From IMG/VR virus record IMGVR_UViG_3300042389_001478, positions 32,001-96,000 of that record: a stretch of 64,000 nt of DNA; one strand, given 5' to 3'. Position 1 is the first letter of the stretch. Every line of letters begins with the position of its first letter. The notes beneath the pieces were generated by a model. It was not told the DNA's origin and did no database searches. It worked only from the letters and a program-made list of their open reading frames with translations. The stretch comes from a virus. Made by a program: the position numbers and the translations under genes. This document shows, in pieces, positions 9,101-18,783 of this stretch.

Positions 9101-12100
9101 AAGTACGATTTAGGCCATATGAGTCCCTATATCCAAGCATCAACGAACAAACAGGGATTATTGTCGCATTAACAAATAGTAGCGTTACTTTTAATGTTCC
9201 TTTTACTGGGGTCTTTAATTCTTCTAGCGTCAACACCCCGTCCGTATTAAGGTTTAACTCATACACAGACCACACCTTGAGCTCTTGCTCAAAATTATAT
9301 CTAAGTATTGAAGGATATGGACAGCAGTCAGTCTTTAGAACCTCTGGATCATACCCAACAACATACTGTGGGCAGCCTACTATAGCTTTTAGAATTTCTG
9401 GGGTTCCACAAAACTTTAGTGGCAATCCCGTCAGAGTTTCTCCAGCATCACTAAATTCAGGACTAGTAAATCTACACAACAAAAGAAGTTTTGATGGATC
9501 GTATTCTAAATTAGCCACATCATTTAAAAAGTATGAAGGCATCTATACTCAATATCCATCTAATGATGGGACTAGCGTTTTAAGTATCTTTAACAAGAAC
9601 CTAGAGCACATAACCTTACCTTCTATGCCTTTTTCATATTCTTTGGTATGCGGCTATGGAGACACCGACAACAGCTTTTTTCGTGTTAGTGGGGATTATT
9701 TAGTTTCTAAGCAGGCATTTAATTTTGAAGAGCAAGCAACCCGCACTGTTAGAATTAGAACCACGGACATGTCTGGACAATTTTTAGAAAAATCTTTTAG
9801 AATCAATATATTAAATATGGATGAAAATCCACTATTAATAAATCCTATACAGGATCAATATTTAACAGTCGATGAATTATGGACTTTTTCAGTTCCGACA
9901 GACACTTTTAGCGACGAGGTTTTTTCGACATCTAAGTCTTATTCTGCTCTTTTGAGCGATAATTCTACGCTACCATCATGGCTTAGTTTTAACCCCAGCA
10001 CAAGAAGCTTTAGTGGAACTCCTTCATTATCTGATACTGGTGTCTTGTCTTTAAAAGTGAATGCTCTTTACTATGGCGGTCTATCAGCGCAGGATACTTT
10101 TAATATACATATTAATGAGCCAGGTTTAAACACCTTTGACTACAGCATTCAGTCTGTTGATGATGATAGTCCTCTAAAGATCACAAATCTTAATTTATCA
10201 CAAATTACAATACCAGAAAACATGCCTTCAGGATCAATCATAGGCAAACTAGACACAGCCGGAGGATATGCTCCCCATCTAATATTTCAAACGGCTTCGA
10301 ATAGTTTTAGCGGAGTACTGATCAACAATAGCAATATAATAAGCGAGTGCGCTTCATTTAGTGTGAATTATCCTACAACCACCTTGCTGGGTAGGCTGGA
10401 TACTATCTATACTGGAATGCCGCTGTCCGCATCGAATGGTCTGTCATCAGCCACAGTTACGGGAATTTTAGATTCTATAGTAGCAATCAATGGATACACA
10501 AGTAGTGGGTCAAATCGAGTTTGTGTTCCTAGCATGACATTTCCAGACCTACAATATATTTCCGGCATTCGGTTTGTTTCTTCTCTTTCTGGATGGAATA
10601 ATCAAGCAAGAGTCGCTAATACTGGGCAGAATTTTATCACATTTGATAGAACAGCTTTTAGCGGAAACACGGACTCTGCTTCAAATAAATTTAGCGGCGT
10701 ACTCATTAATAATAGCAACATAATAAGTGAGTGTGCTTCAGTACTTGGTAATCTAAATACTCTGGTTGTCGGAATGCCATTATCGACAAATAGCGACCTA
10801 TCATCAGCCGCAGTTACGGGAATTTTAGATAATATAGTAGAAATTGACGGATATGTAAGTAGTGGATCTTATTCCATTTCGGGTATAACTCCCCCAGATT
10901 TGCAATATATTTCCGGCGTTAGATTTGTATCTTCTCTTCCTGAATGGAATAACGAGGCTAGGGTTGTTAATACCGGAGAGAATTCTCTTATATTTGACGT
11001 TGCCTTTACTGGGACCGGAATTGATACGGCTATTACTGTAAATAATATTGGTAAGCGAATTCTTTTAGACACAAGATATCAAGGACAATCACTATCTGGA
11101 CTAATAACTTATACAGCTATTACTATAAATAATATTGGGAAGCGAATTCTTTTGGATACAACATATCAAGGAACATCACGATCCGGAATAATAACTTATA
11201 CAGCTGAACTTCCGAATGATGCTGAGTACTATCCAAGTGGATTACAATATTTCTCTCGGTCATCAATAGAAGGATGGTGCCCAACAACCATTTCAAAGTC
11301 TTATATTAAAGGATTTCAATCCGAAACCCCTCAATATGCACAATCAACTGGTCACTATGCTACCGGCATCGTATCCTTCTATACTAGTGCTGGATACAAC
11401 AGAATAACTATTAATACGAATGAATATACTAATATCGAACCCGATGAAGATAGTATCTTTATTAATTATTTAGATATAAATCTTGGAGACATTCCAACAG
11501 ATAAGCCATATTCTAGAATTAGTGGATATGACAATCCGTTGTCTTTTATGACACATAGCTTATCGTGGTATCCAGACTCTGGAGTGTTGGGAACAGGTAG
11601 ATTAATATTAAACTTAGATCAAAATCATGGCTATAAAATATTAGATCCCAAAATTTTAAATCAGATCCCCGTACGGTTCGATTCTTGCATTAATAACAAC
11701 AGCAATCGTAGACCCAAAGATAATTTATTTGATATTTTAGCTATTACTGGAAATAAAATAACCATAAAAGATAGTCAAAACTATTTACTAAAAGAAAATG
11801 GCAGACCCGACTATTTTGAACAGCCAATAAAAGCACAATATTCTACAAACGGTTTTCATTTTAGTGGTACAATAGTTAGTGGATCTAATTTATTATATGA
11901 TTGTAGTAGTAATAAAATTTATGATTTACAAAAAAATATGATTTTAGGGTCTTCTTCTTTTAGGGACTACCCACACGTAGTAAGGTTTGATTCTATAGTA
12001 TCGACCGGAACTACCTTCACCGCCACCCTGTATGGTGGACAAAGTATTTTAACGACGACCCCCGGACAACCCATATACATTAATCAGAAGCTATACTCTT

Positions 12101-15100
12101 CATTTCCTGGGTGGTCGGATAGACAAATATACGTAGTAGGTTATTCTTCAGACACAATATATTTATCTAGAGAAATAGACTGGATAAGCCAAGGAACTAG
12201 TGCTACGGCCACTTTCTATACTCTTCCAATATTAGCCGCTAATAAAGATTTCTGTATAGACGACGAAAGAAGAGAGAACAATAGAATTTTTTATAACGGG
12301 AATATTATTACTATAAATGATTTATCAACACCACGAGCATACCTAAACACAAATGATCAAATCAAGATTACTAAATTTAATGAACTAAATAGTTTTGATA
12401 CTAGTTCTGCAATTAGTCAATATGCGCAAATTTTAAGACTTAATGATAAAAAAACTTTATTTAGTGGCATAGCTATCAATGGTGCTAAAAATCTTGAGCC
12501 AATAGTTTTTAATAATCCACAAGATCCCTTAAGAAGAAATGAATATAGACATTCTGATAGTTTTGGATTAGATTGTAATACCGAACTCCCAAATACAGGA
12601 TCTCTGTCTTTTCTAGGGGCAGTATCAGGATATTGTAATATACCATTCTTTAATGGAATTTATTATCATTCATACGGAGGATTTACAGCACAGTGGCCCA
12701 TGGATCCAGACGGACATTTTATTTCAGCCCCAAAAACTGGAGTCTTTACGATAGGAGTAAGCTCCACTAGCTGTCAATCAGGGACTTTATGTATTAATAT
12801 TAGAACTTTTGAAAATACAGAGTTTGATAACATTACAGACATATTTAATAGAAGCATTATCGGACATACCAGTAATATAACCAGCGACAATAAAGGATAT
12901 GTGAGGCCCTGGGGAACAGATAAAAAGCTATATTTTGATTTTTCTGATGGAGCACCGGCTCTTAATGGGTCATACCACATAACTGATAAAATAGATACCA
13001 ATAACTTTACAATTACTGTACCATATAATTCTTCGTATCTCAACAGTAGTGGTTTGGTTTATATTATAGATAGTGACTATAATCTTAAAGCTAATAGAAA
13101 CCCAAATATAAACAATAGTTTTGTAATTCCAGAAGGATCTCTTAGCGTTTCTGGAAACCAGAGCCTGTTTGGTTTTAGTCTTGATTCGTATAATGACCAA
13201 TCTAAGAGATGGAAACATCTTATCAATCTTAGTAATTCAAGCCTATCTAAGTATAGTGGATACCCAGTAAAATTCCACAACCAGGTTAATAGTCAACTAT
13301 TATACTTAAACCCTAATCAAATTAATATTATAGGATTAGATTATTCATTAGATTTTGGTCAAACATACTCATCCATACTAGACAATCCTTCCCTGGACAT
13401 ATTATCAACTAATACACAACCTATTTATCTTAGAGTAACAACCAAAGAAGGCGCAGAACAATGGGCAGCTAGTATACCTAAAATAGCGCCCAAGATTAAT
13501 ATCCTTGGAATTGGTAGTTACACTATCGATAGCAGTAATTTAGTATATAATAATCTAAATAATACATGGCTAATTAATATTATTATTAATAATATAACAG
13601 ACGTTTTAATAGATAGAGATATTACTATTAGAGCTAGCGATGAAACAGGTTTTGATAGTATCACTAAAAACCTTCACTTCAAATTAATACCTGAAATTAG
13701 ATCACCATTGCCTTCATACGCATATTTGAATGGTTCAGATAGTTGGTCTTTAATATATGATGTAAAATATTTACCAGATCAACATCTTATCACAATGTCA
13801 GGCTTTCCCGGCCCAAACTTTAATACCGAAACTGTCTATCCTAATAGTAATACTCCCCTGCGTGTTTATGGATCTCCGGGGTCTATCTCTGGAATATATC
13901 GTCCGGTTTTACAGATCAGAGACTGGACAACCAGCGAGGTTTTAGCAACAAATACAGGAGAGATACACATATTGGGACCAGGGCAATCTGCTCCTCCTTA
14001 TCAATTAAATCCCATTGGGCTTGATGATGATATCTATTTAGACATAGATAATAATTCTAATTCTAGTTCTTTCTCTTTTTATGTTCCATCTAATACTAGC
14101 GCAAGCGAGACAAATTTAGTTGTAACACTAGGAGCTGATCAAAAATATAACAGCAATATATCATATGAATATAGTACAGTATCTAATAGGTACAAAGTCA
14201 CAGTTACTCTAGTTGGTAATACCGGATATTATCCGTCTAAAAATATTAGCGTATCCATATTTCAACCTGTTGTAGATGCAAATTCTAACACAACCTGGGT
14301 ACCACATACTTATAATAAAACGATTAATTTGACACTATACAAGCAATTTCAGATTAGCACATTAGAACTAACACTACCACTAGTATACGACAAACAACAG
14401 AAATGGTCTATTCAGTTCGCTTTAATAGAGGGAATATTAGCATATAGACCCGATATTCAACCAATAGTTAGACTAGGAAATCTACCAACAATAGGAACCT
14501 ATGAGACGCAGCCTCTAGAATATTCTTTAGCCTATAATTATGATGCTGTTAATCATAGATGGCATGTTATAGTGACAGGAAAAGAAGATATTTTTGGATA
14601 TACTACCGACAGACTAGGTCTTAAAGCTATTCAAGTATATGCCGAGGATGGTCTATCATTAGCTACAAAATCTGTTGATGTATTATTTACACAAACTCAA
14701 TATATGGATAATATACAACCAACAATATATTCTATACCAAATGAAGGCTATCAAAATACATTTGATATCAAACAAGCATCTGTTAATGTTTTTCCACAAG
14801 TTCAGATTCCTGTTGAATTAGCAGAAAACACAATTAATTTATCAAGATACTATCGTAAATATGATCCACAGTTTGGTTTATGGGAATATTCATATTATGG
14901 AGATCCTATTTTTGATAGGTGGGATATAGGACTTGATATTACTAATCTGAATTCAACACTATCCAGTAACCAATTTTCTAGACTAATAGTCAAATGTAAA
15001 GGCATTGCTACAGATAAAATACAGGCTGTTGGCAAGCTCAGTCTTGTTGAGCTGGATAGCTTTAGTCTTAATTCATTACCAATTAGTATTAGTGACATAA

Positions 15101-18100
15101 TCTATCCATCATACAATATCATCGAGGGCGAACCCTGGGAAATAACATTTAAGACCTCCTTTGGTCTTGAAAATCCAAATTTTCCTCCGACGATTTTGTT
15201 CTCCGGCCTTCCGTCCATGTGTTCAGGATACAATCCCAGTATTCCATTAGAGCAACAAAATGCCTGCTTTCAATCTAGGATTTGGGATGGTCAACAAAAG
15301 TCTTGGAGCTTTAGATTCAAGGGGCTTCCGTTGTGCGGCATTGAAGGACTAAAGCCCTTCTCTATTACGGCAATAGACACAGACACTATTCAAGATATTT
15401 ATTTAACTTCAGACACTAAATCTGCAAGTATTATGTATTCTTCTTTGGAAGATAATGGCTCTCCTCATACTCCTCCAATAATAAAGATTAAAGGACTTAT
15501 ACCAGAAGAAGATCCTATTCCTTTATCTCCAAAATGCAATTCTCCTATCAACATCTCCTATGAATTTATGCCAAGTAATAGAGAGGCATGTCCAATCCCC
15601 ACGGGTATAACAGGATGGTTAGTTAGTGGCTTGTTACCGCCCGGAATAGGTTATACAATAACATTTTCTGGAGGAAACCCCTCTCCTCCGTGGAATAATC
15701 TATCCAAAGGAACTATTACCCTGTCAGGAAACCCTACAGAGTTTGCTAATGGTGGAGAATATTCACAAAAACTTACTTTAAGAGTATTTGATGCTAGAAA
15801 TAAATCAAGTCAAAAAACCTTTAAATTCCAAGATGCTTCATCTCCAAATCCAGCGTCTCCATTAAATATTTCAGTATATTTTGATGATGAGAAACCCAAA
15901 TACACACCAAGAAGAGCACTAGGCAATGGAGAACAGATAATTCCTCCTCTAGGTACGAATCCTGTAGATAAAGTTATAGGATATCCACCTATTTCTAAAG
16001 CATATTGGCCGCCAGCAATCTCGGGATATGTAACATGCACCAGCACACTTCCTCATAATCTTTGCGAAACTTGCGAATTCTCATATTCTGGAGGAAATTT
16101 TAATAATTTAGATGATAAAGTTTATTTACAATTTTCTAAGCAATTACCAGGATTACCTCTTGGCGCTGGGAATAATGTCTATTTAGAGTTTGACTATGAT
16201 TCAAATAATGATTTAAATAAAATATATACTTTACAATATTCTGCTCCTAATTACTATGTCAGTATTCCGGGGCAAACCTTATTAACCGGAAGTGGTAGGC
16301 TAGTAAGAGAGAGAATAAAAGAAAATATTCCAACAGAAGACCTGCAGAAATTTCGCGGGTCTGTTGATCCAAACACCTCTCATTCTATACTAGGATGTGG
16401 AGCATTTGCTACTAAGTTATCTTACCAAGTTCCAGGAGAAGGAAACTCGTACGGATTATTTGGCAGAATGAGGCCAGATTATATCGCCACCATTCCTACT
16501 AATGGGGTTTTTAGTAACACAGACTCTTTACTTTCTGGTTTAAGTATTAATCAATTAAATAATCCATATACTGCTGGTAGTTCCAATCATATCTATACCA
16601 TAAAAACATCTAATTGTTGGGAAACAGGATATCTAAGAATCAGTGGCATACTATTACCATCCCCCTCTGTCGAGCTAACAGACCCCGCTCCCGCCCAAGG
16701 TGTTCCTTTTGCATATAATAATCAGCAGTACTATGTTGGTAGCAGATGTTCATATGGAAATACCACTGAACAAAGAGATCTAGTAGAGAACCAAAGAGAT
16801 ACAAGTATAAATTACAGGATCAAAAATATTTTGACGAATTCTATTTATCAAAATTCTCAGGTAGGACGAAATCAGGCTATAGCATTTAACCATAGCGAAA
16901 CAAACGGAACAGTCTTCTCCTTATTTTTAAGCAATAACCCATCGACATTTCCAACATTCAAATATAATGCATTAAGGTATGCAGAAAATGAATATTTTTG
17001 GATTCATAAGGGTGGCACCAAGAATGGAACTATAACACAAACTAGTTTTCCACCAGTTATTATTGCCGGAATCAAGAACAATACCATTTCTTCTTTAAGC
17101 GGAGTTTCTATTTCAGGTTATGGAGGCGTTTTAGTTGGTGGCTATATTCCCTTCAGAGAATATCCAATAGCAATACCATATTATCAGCGTCCAGATAATA
17201 CAGAATGGCGAACACAGGATTATCCACCACACATCACTGGGTTTATTGCAGAAGAAATTAAAAATAGTCTCTCGATATCTGTGCCATATACACACCCAGG
17301 AAATTCATCCAGTAGCGATCAATATATTTATATTAATATTGGTCCTAATAACTACAATCTGGTTGCAGGAGAGGCTATTAGTGTTTCTTTTGCTAATAGC
17401 TTAATACCATCAATGTCATTAATTTTAGAAAACGCTAATTTCAGTAGTACTTTTATAAAAATACCATATAACAGACAGACACTTCAGCCCATAACCGATG
17501 GTCAGGCTTATATTTCATTTAAAAATGTATTATTGAATACAGATACAGAAAATAATCAATTAATTATTAAACATAGAGATATACCATTTATAACTGGAGA
17601 TAATGTTGATATAACCCAAGCCTCAGCATCGACTCGCACTAATATAGCTCCATATGACTATAATACCACGATAGTCTCTGGAGATAGCTCTACTCTATAT
17701 GTGGCATTTAATGGTCCAAATACCATCAACTACAGTGGATCTCTTGCTGTTTCGGGCATTACTACTATTAATAGGGTATATTCAGACATGATTAATGTGG
17801 TACAGCCACTGACCACTACAGACACGGCAGGATATTGGTTATTTGGATTATCTGGAATACCATCGGGCCTATATAAAGACTATTCGTATAAAATGATCTC
17901 TGTGGAAAATACTGGTATGCCAGTTTTTAATGGTACTGATTTAAGCCCTAAAAAATACTACACATCCTATCCTCTATATATCAATAAGCCTATTAAAATT
18001 AAGTTGACTCAATCGGTTTTGGATGCAGGCATAGTCAACAACAACGGATCATGGAGCCTTACCTTTAATGTTGAAGGAGGGTCGAGACCAATAATCAATA

Positions 18101-18768
18101 ATAAGCCAGAAGTTATGATTGATGGAAGTATTTGTAATTTTAATAGACAACTATCTCCAACTAATATGCTGGATACCTATGATCCCACTACTGATTCGTG
18201 GCAGATTACACTAACTAATAATAATAATTTTAATTGGAGATATTCTATATCTTTTGAATTAACTGTTTTTGATGAAACTGGCAGCGACACAGTAACAGTA
18301 AACTTAACTTCATCAACACCCCCTACGACAACGCCAGCTCCTACGACAACAACGACAACCACTACAACGCCAGCTCCTACGACAACCACGACAACCACTA
18401 CAACGCCAGCTCCTACAACAACCACGACAACAACGACAACTACAGCAGCACCAACATCATTTAGCGTTACTAATAGCGGTAGCGGATCATATGTAATTAG
18501 TGGATCTAATAATCCGACACTAAATCTTATAAGAGGGACAACATATACATTTAATATAAATACTCCTGGTCATCCTTTCTGGATTAAGACAACTCAGACT
18601 ACCGGACAAACAAATGCTTATAATACAGGAATCACAAATAATGGTGCCGAGAATGGCTCGTTAACATTTGTCGTTGCAAATAATGCGCCAGATACTCTAT
18701 ACTATAATTGTGAATTCCATTCCAGTATGGCTGGTATAATAAATATTACTGGGACTACCACCCCATAA
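6103..18768 (+). CDS. Giant 4,221-aa multidomain fibre/adhesin
   Basis: Collagen triplets (6250-6306); PIxxGGTN, GTYxxITTDxKGRV and LGYTP..DADLLDG fibre motifs; cadherin-like and dystroglycan-type cadherin/Ig domains (about 9630-10260); nested duplication (10297-11205); many beta-rich domains; Thr-rich linker; C-terminal cupredoxin-like domain. Confidence 0.85.
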   Translation: MSIVRIEEEIQPLKYLVITQERDPESVVSTNVIISDTRVNRVNLISIEKGPQGDTGPRGAQGPAGKDGASFEVLPINSGGTNNTSFSSGNIIYYDGHKLSSSNYSFQDLLNNSNTNAVTGVFAGSGLYRELANNTATLGINAGDGLSINEDNQIIVDDTIVRKVELSIGNISGVVPIAKGGTNNQTFSSNRLLYYDGFKITSFPLATGRILLSGTTIDIIAGSGLTGGGSLSLPSGSVVLNIGGSSDILVENNAISLSTTGTPGTYSRITTDDKGRVVSGSNLTRSDIISILGYTPWHPGNDGQDSGLDADLLDGRDSSYFTNAANLTGLIDSNIIPSSVEPGVYTKLYINNKGMVTLGDNMNYGDVVYSLGYRPVSTAGDTINGPIEINGDASLNGDNLTIRDNLPTIGTNSASILPSDPRGFSFLYGGYTSKTGILAFFPADRELRLVTNISSGGDLSGGENSFIGDVDGGDQNALYITNNVSGDINVVLLRSKADSLYVSRTDTQVISGVKTFVNGVQVRDQVVIIPSVNQSNPPLNVGNNSRMVDSLNVDLLHGHNADYFNNASNMTGLFTYTKVQFDNLDGTPDYIPRFDNRTSNPSRTISNSIIRQKSDNTAIIIENNANLYVGSSNSGSFLSDSSTAVGRNNKIYEDNSLAVGYGNAISGQNSVALNYGSKTLSDTSIAAGKYGETWNENQLSFGAFSEFNNSQTITHGQYSTIALGLNSTETNGAWATMSPNVILPKDKTIAYSLEVLMNKAAGTGAAFVVFDSGIIKNTTFRSPSNPSQTINVTSSLKNTTKKEIYNDSQQRRHYYHYRLANITIIQNLEVTASPVKNISGTSGIAQNINSEYKYIPKFISSISSYSKSNDGHTVLNIPKPIFSGSFIQNENDYRIKIKSYDHNMVAGCMANLMFSSGLARNPISKKYQVLDIIDKDNFRVSENFASGYLTDNEITIDPQSISLVDEANSIVISGGYLYTNSPDMYNMPINAMTVLHTGMKVRFRPYESLYPSINEQTGIIVALTNSSVTFNVPFTGVFNSSSVNTPSVLRFNSYTDHTLSSCSKLYLSIEGYGQQSVFRTSGSYPTTYCGQPTIAFRISGVPQNFSGNPVRVSPASLNSGLVNLHNKRSFDGSYSKLATSFKKYEGIYTQYPSNDGTSVLSIFNKNLEHITLPSMPFSYSLVCGYGDTDNSFFRVSGDYLVSKQAFNFEEQATRTVRIRTTDMSGQFLEKSFRINILNMDENPLLINPIQDQYLTVDELWTFSVPTDTFSDEVFSTSKSYSALLSDNSTLPSWLSFNPSTRSFSGTPSLSDTGVLSLKVNALYYGGLSAQDTFNIHINEPGLNTFDYSIQSVDDDSPLKITNLNLSQITIPENMPSGSIIGKLDTAGGYAPHLIFQTASNSFSGVLINNSNIISECASFSVNYPTTTLLGRLDTIYTGMPLSASNGLSSATVTGILDSIVAINGYTSSGSNRVCVPSMTFPDLQYISGIRFVSSLSGWNNQARVANTGQNFITFDRTAFSGNTDSASNKFSGVLINNSNIISECASVLGNLNTLVVGMPLSTNSDLSSAAVTGILDNIVEIDGYVSSGSYSISGITPPDLQYISGVRFVSSLPEWNNEARVVNTGENSLIFDVAFTGTGIDTAITVNNIGKRILLDTRYQGQSLSGLITYTAITINNIGKRILLDTTYQGTSRSGIITYTAELPNDAEYYPSGLQYFSRSSIEGWCPTTISKSYIKGFQSETPQYAQSTGHYATGIVSFYTSAGYNRITINTNEYTNIEPDEDSIFINYLDINLGDIPTDKPYSRISGYDNPLSFMTHSLSWYPDSGVLGTGRLILNLDQNHGYKILDPKILNQIPVRFDSCINNNSNRRPKDNLFDILAITGNKITIKDSQNYLLKENGRPDYFEQPIKAQYSTNGFHFSGTIVSGSNLLYDCSSNKIYDLQKNMILGSSSFRDYPHVVRFDSIVSTGTTFTATLYGGQSILTTTPGQPIYINQKLYSSFPGWSDRQIYVVGYSSDTIYLSREIDWISQGTSATATFYTLPILAANKDFCIDDERRENNRIFYNGNIITINDLSTPRAYLNTNDQIKITKFNELNSFDTSSAISQYAQILRLNDKKTLFSGIAINGAKNLEPIVFNNPQDPLRRNEYRHSDSFGLDCNTELPNTGSLSFLGAVSGYCNIPFFNGIYYHSYGGFTAQWPMDPDGHFISAPKTGVFTIGVSSTSCQSGTLCINIRTFENTEFDNITDIFNRSIIGHTSNITSDNKGYVRPWGTDKKLYFDFSDGAPALNGSYHITDKIDTNNFTITVPYNSSYLNSSGLVYIIDSDYNLKANRNPNINNSFVIPEGSLSVSGNQSLFGFSLDSYNDQSKRWKHLINLSNSSLSKYSGYPVKFHNQVNSQLLYLNPNQINIIGLDYSLDFGQTYSSILDNPSLDILSTNTQPIYLRVTTKEGAEQWAASIPKIAPKINILGIGSYTIDSSNLVYNNLNNTWLINIIINNITDVLIDRDITIRASDETGFDSITKNLHFKLIPEIRSPLPSYAYLNGSDSWSLIYDVKYLPDQHLITMSGFPGPNFNTETVYPNSNTPLRVYGSPGSISGIYRPVLQIRDWTTSEVLATNTGEIHILGPGQSAPPYQLNPIGLDDDIYLDIDNNSNSSSFSFYVPSNTSASETNLVVTLGADQKYNSNISYEYSTVSNRYKVTVTLVGNTGYYPSKNISVSIFQPVVDANSNTTWVPHTYNKTINLTLYKQFQISTLELTLPLVYDKQQKWSIQFALIEGILAYRPDIQPIVRLGNLPTIGTYETQPLEYSLAYNYDAVNHRWHVIVTGKEDIFGYTTDRLGLKAIQVYAEDGLSLATKSVDVLFTQTQYMDNIQPTIYSIPNEGYQNTFDIKQASVNVFPQVQIPVELAENTINLSRYYRKYDPQFGLWEYSYYGDPIFDRWDIGLDITNLNSTLSSNQFSRLIVKCKGIATDKIQAVGKLSLVELDSFSLNSLPISISDIIYPSYNIIEGEPWEITFKTSFGLENPNFPPTILFSGLPSMCSGYNPSIPLEQQNACFQSRIWDGQQKSWSFRFKGLPLCGIEGLKPFSITAIDTDTIQDIYLTSDTKSASIMYSSLEDNGSPHTPPIIKIKGLIPEEDPIPLSPKCNSPINISYEFMPSNREACPIPTGITGWLVSGLLPPGIGYTITFSGGNPSPPWNNLSKGTITLSGNPTEFANGGEYSQKLTLRVFDARNKSSQKTFKFQDASSPNPASPLNISVYFDDEKPKYTPRRALGNGEQIIPPLGTNPVDKVIGYPPISKAYWPPAISGYVTCTSTLPHNLCETCEFSYSGGNFNNLDDKVYLQFSKQLPGLPLGAGNNVYLEFDYDSNNDLNKIYTLQYSAPNYYVSIPGQTLLTGSGRLVRERIKENIPTEDLQKFRGSVDPNTSHSILGCGAFATKLSYQVPGEGNSYGLFGRMRPDYIATIPTNGVFSNTDSLLSGLSINQLNNPYTAGSSNHIYTIKTSNCWETGYLRISGILLPSPSVELTDPAPAQGVPFAYNNQQYYVGSRCSYGNTTEQRDLVENQRDTSINYRIKNILTNSIYQNSQVGRNQAIAFNHSETNGTVFSLFLSNNPSTFPTFKYNALRYAENEYFWIHKGGTKNGTITQTSFPPVIIAGIKNNTISSLSGVSISGYGGVLVGGYIPFREYPIAIPYYQRPDNTEWRTQDYPPHITGFIAEEIKNSLSISVPYTHPGNSSSSDQYIYINIGPNNYNLVAGEAISVSFANSLIPSMSLILENANFSSTFIKIPYNRQTLQPITDGQAYISFKNVLLNTDTENNQLIIKHRDIPFITGDNVDITQASASTRTNIAPYDYNTTIVSGDSSTLYVAFNGPNTINYSGSLAVSGITTINRVYSDMINVVQPLTTTDTAGYWLFGLSGIPSGLYKDYSYKMISVENTGMPVFNGTDLSPKKYYTSYPLYINKPIKIKLTQSVLDAGIVNNNGSWSLTFNVEGGSRPIINNKPEVMIDGSICNFNRQLSPTNMLDTYDPTTDSWQITLTNNNNFNWRYSISFELTVFDETGSDTVTVNLTSSTPPTTTPAPTTTTTTTTTPAPTTTTTTTTTPAPTTTTTTTTTTAAPTSFSVTNSGSGSYVISGSNNPTLNLIRGTTYTFNINTPGHPFWIKTTQTTGQTNAYNTGITNNGAENGSLTFVVANNAPDTLYYNCEFHSSMAGIINITGTTTP
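10297..11205 (+). repeat. Internal duplication in A-B-A'-B'-C'-C order
   Basis: FSGVLINNSNIISECAS at about 10306 and 10690 (384-nt offset). PDLQYISG.RFVSSL..WNN.ARV.NTG occurs twice. An 87-nt tandem unit TAITxNNIGKRILLDTxYQGxSxSGxITY lies at 11026-11112 and 11113-11199. Confidence 0.9.
18328..18453 (+). repeat. 36-nt tandem repeat encoding a TTPAPTTTTTTT mucin-like linker
   Basis: ACAACGCCAGCTCCTACGACAAC(A/C)ACGACAACCACT at 18328 and 18364, with a degenerate third copy from 18400. Confidence 0.9.
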
Positions 18769-18783
18769 GGATATAATTTAATT

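Noticed and set aside
18328-18453. Tandem repeats as a CRISPR array; tRNA or other structured RNA genes anywhere in the window
   Set aside because: The repeats are in-frame coding units without unique spacers. Intergenic gaps are too short and show no cloverleaf.
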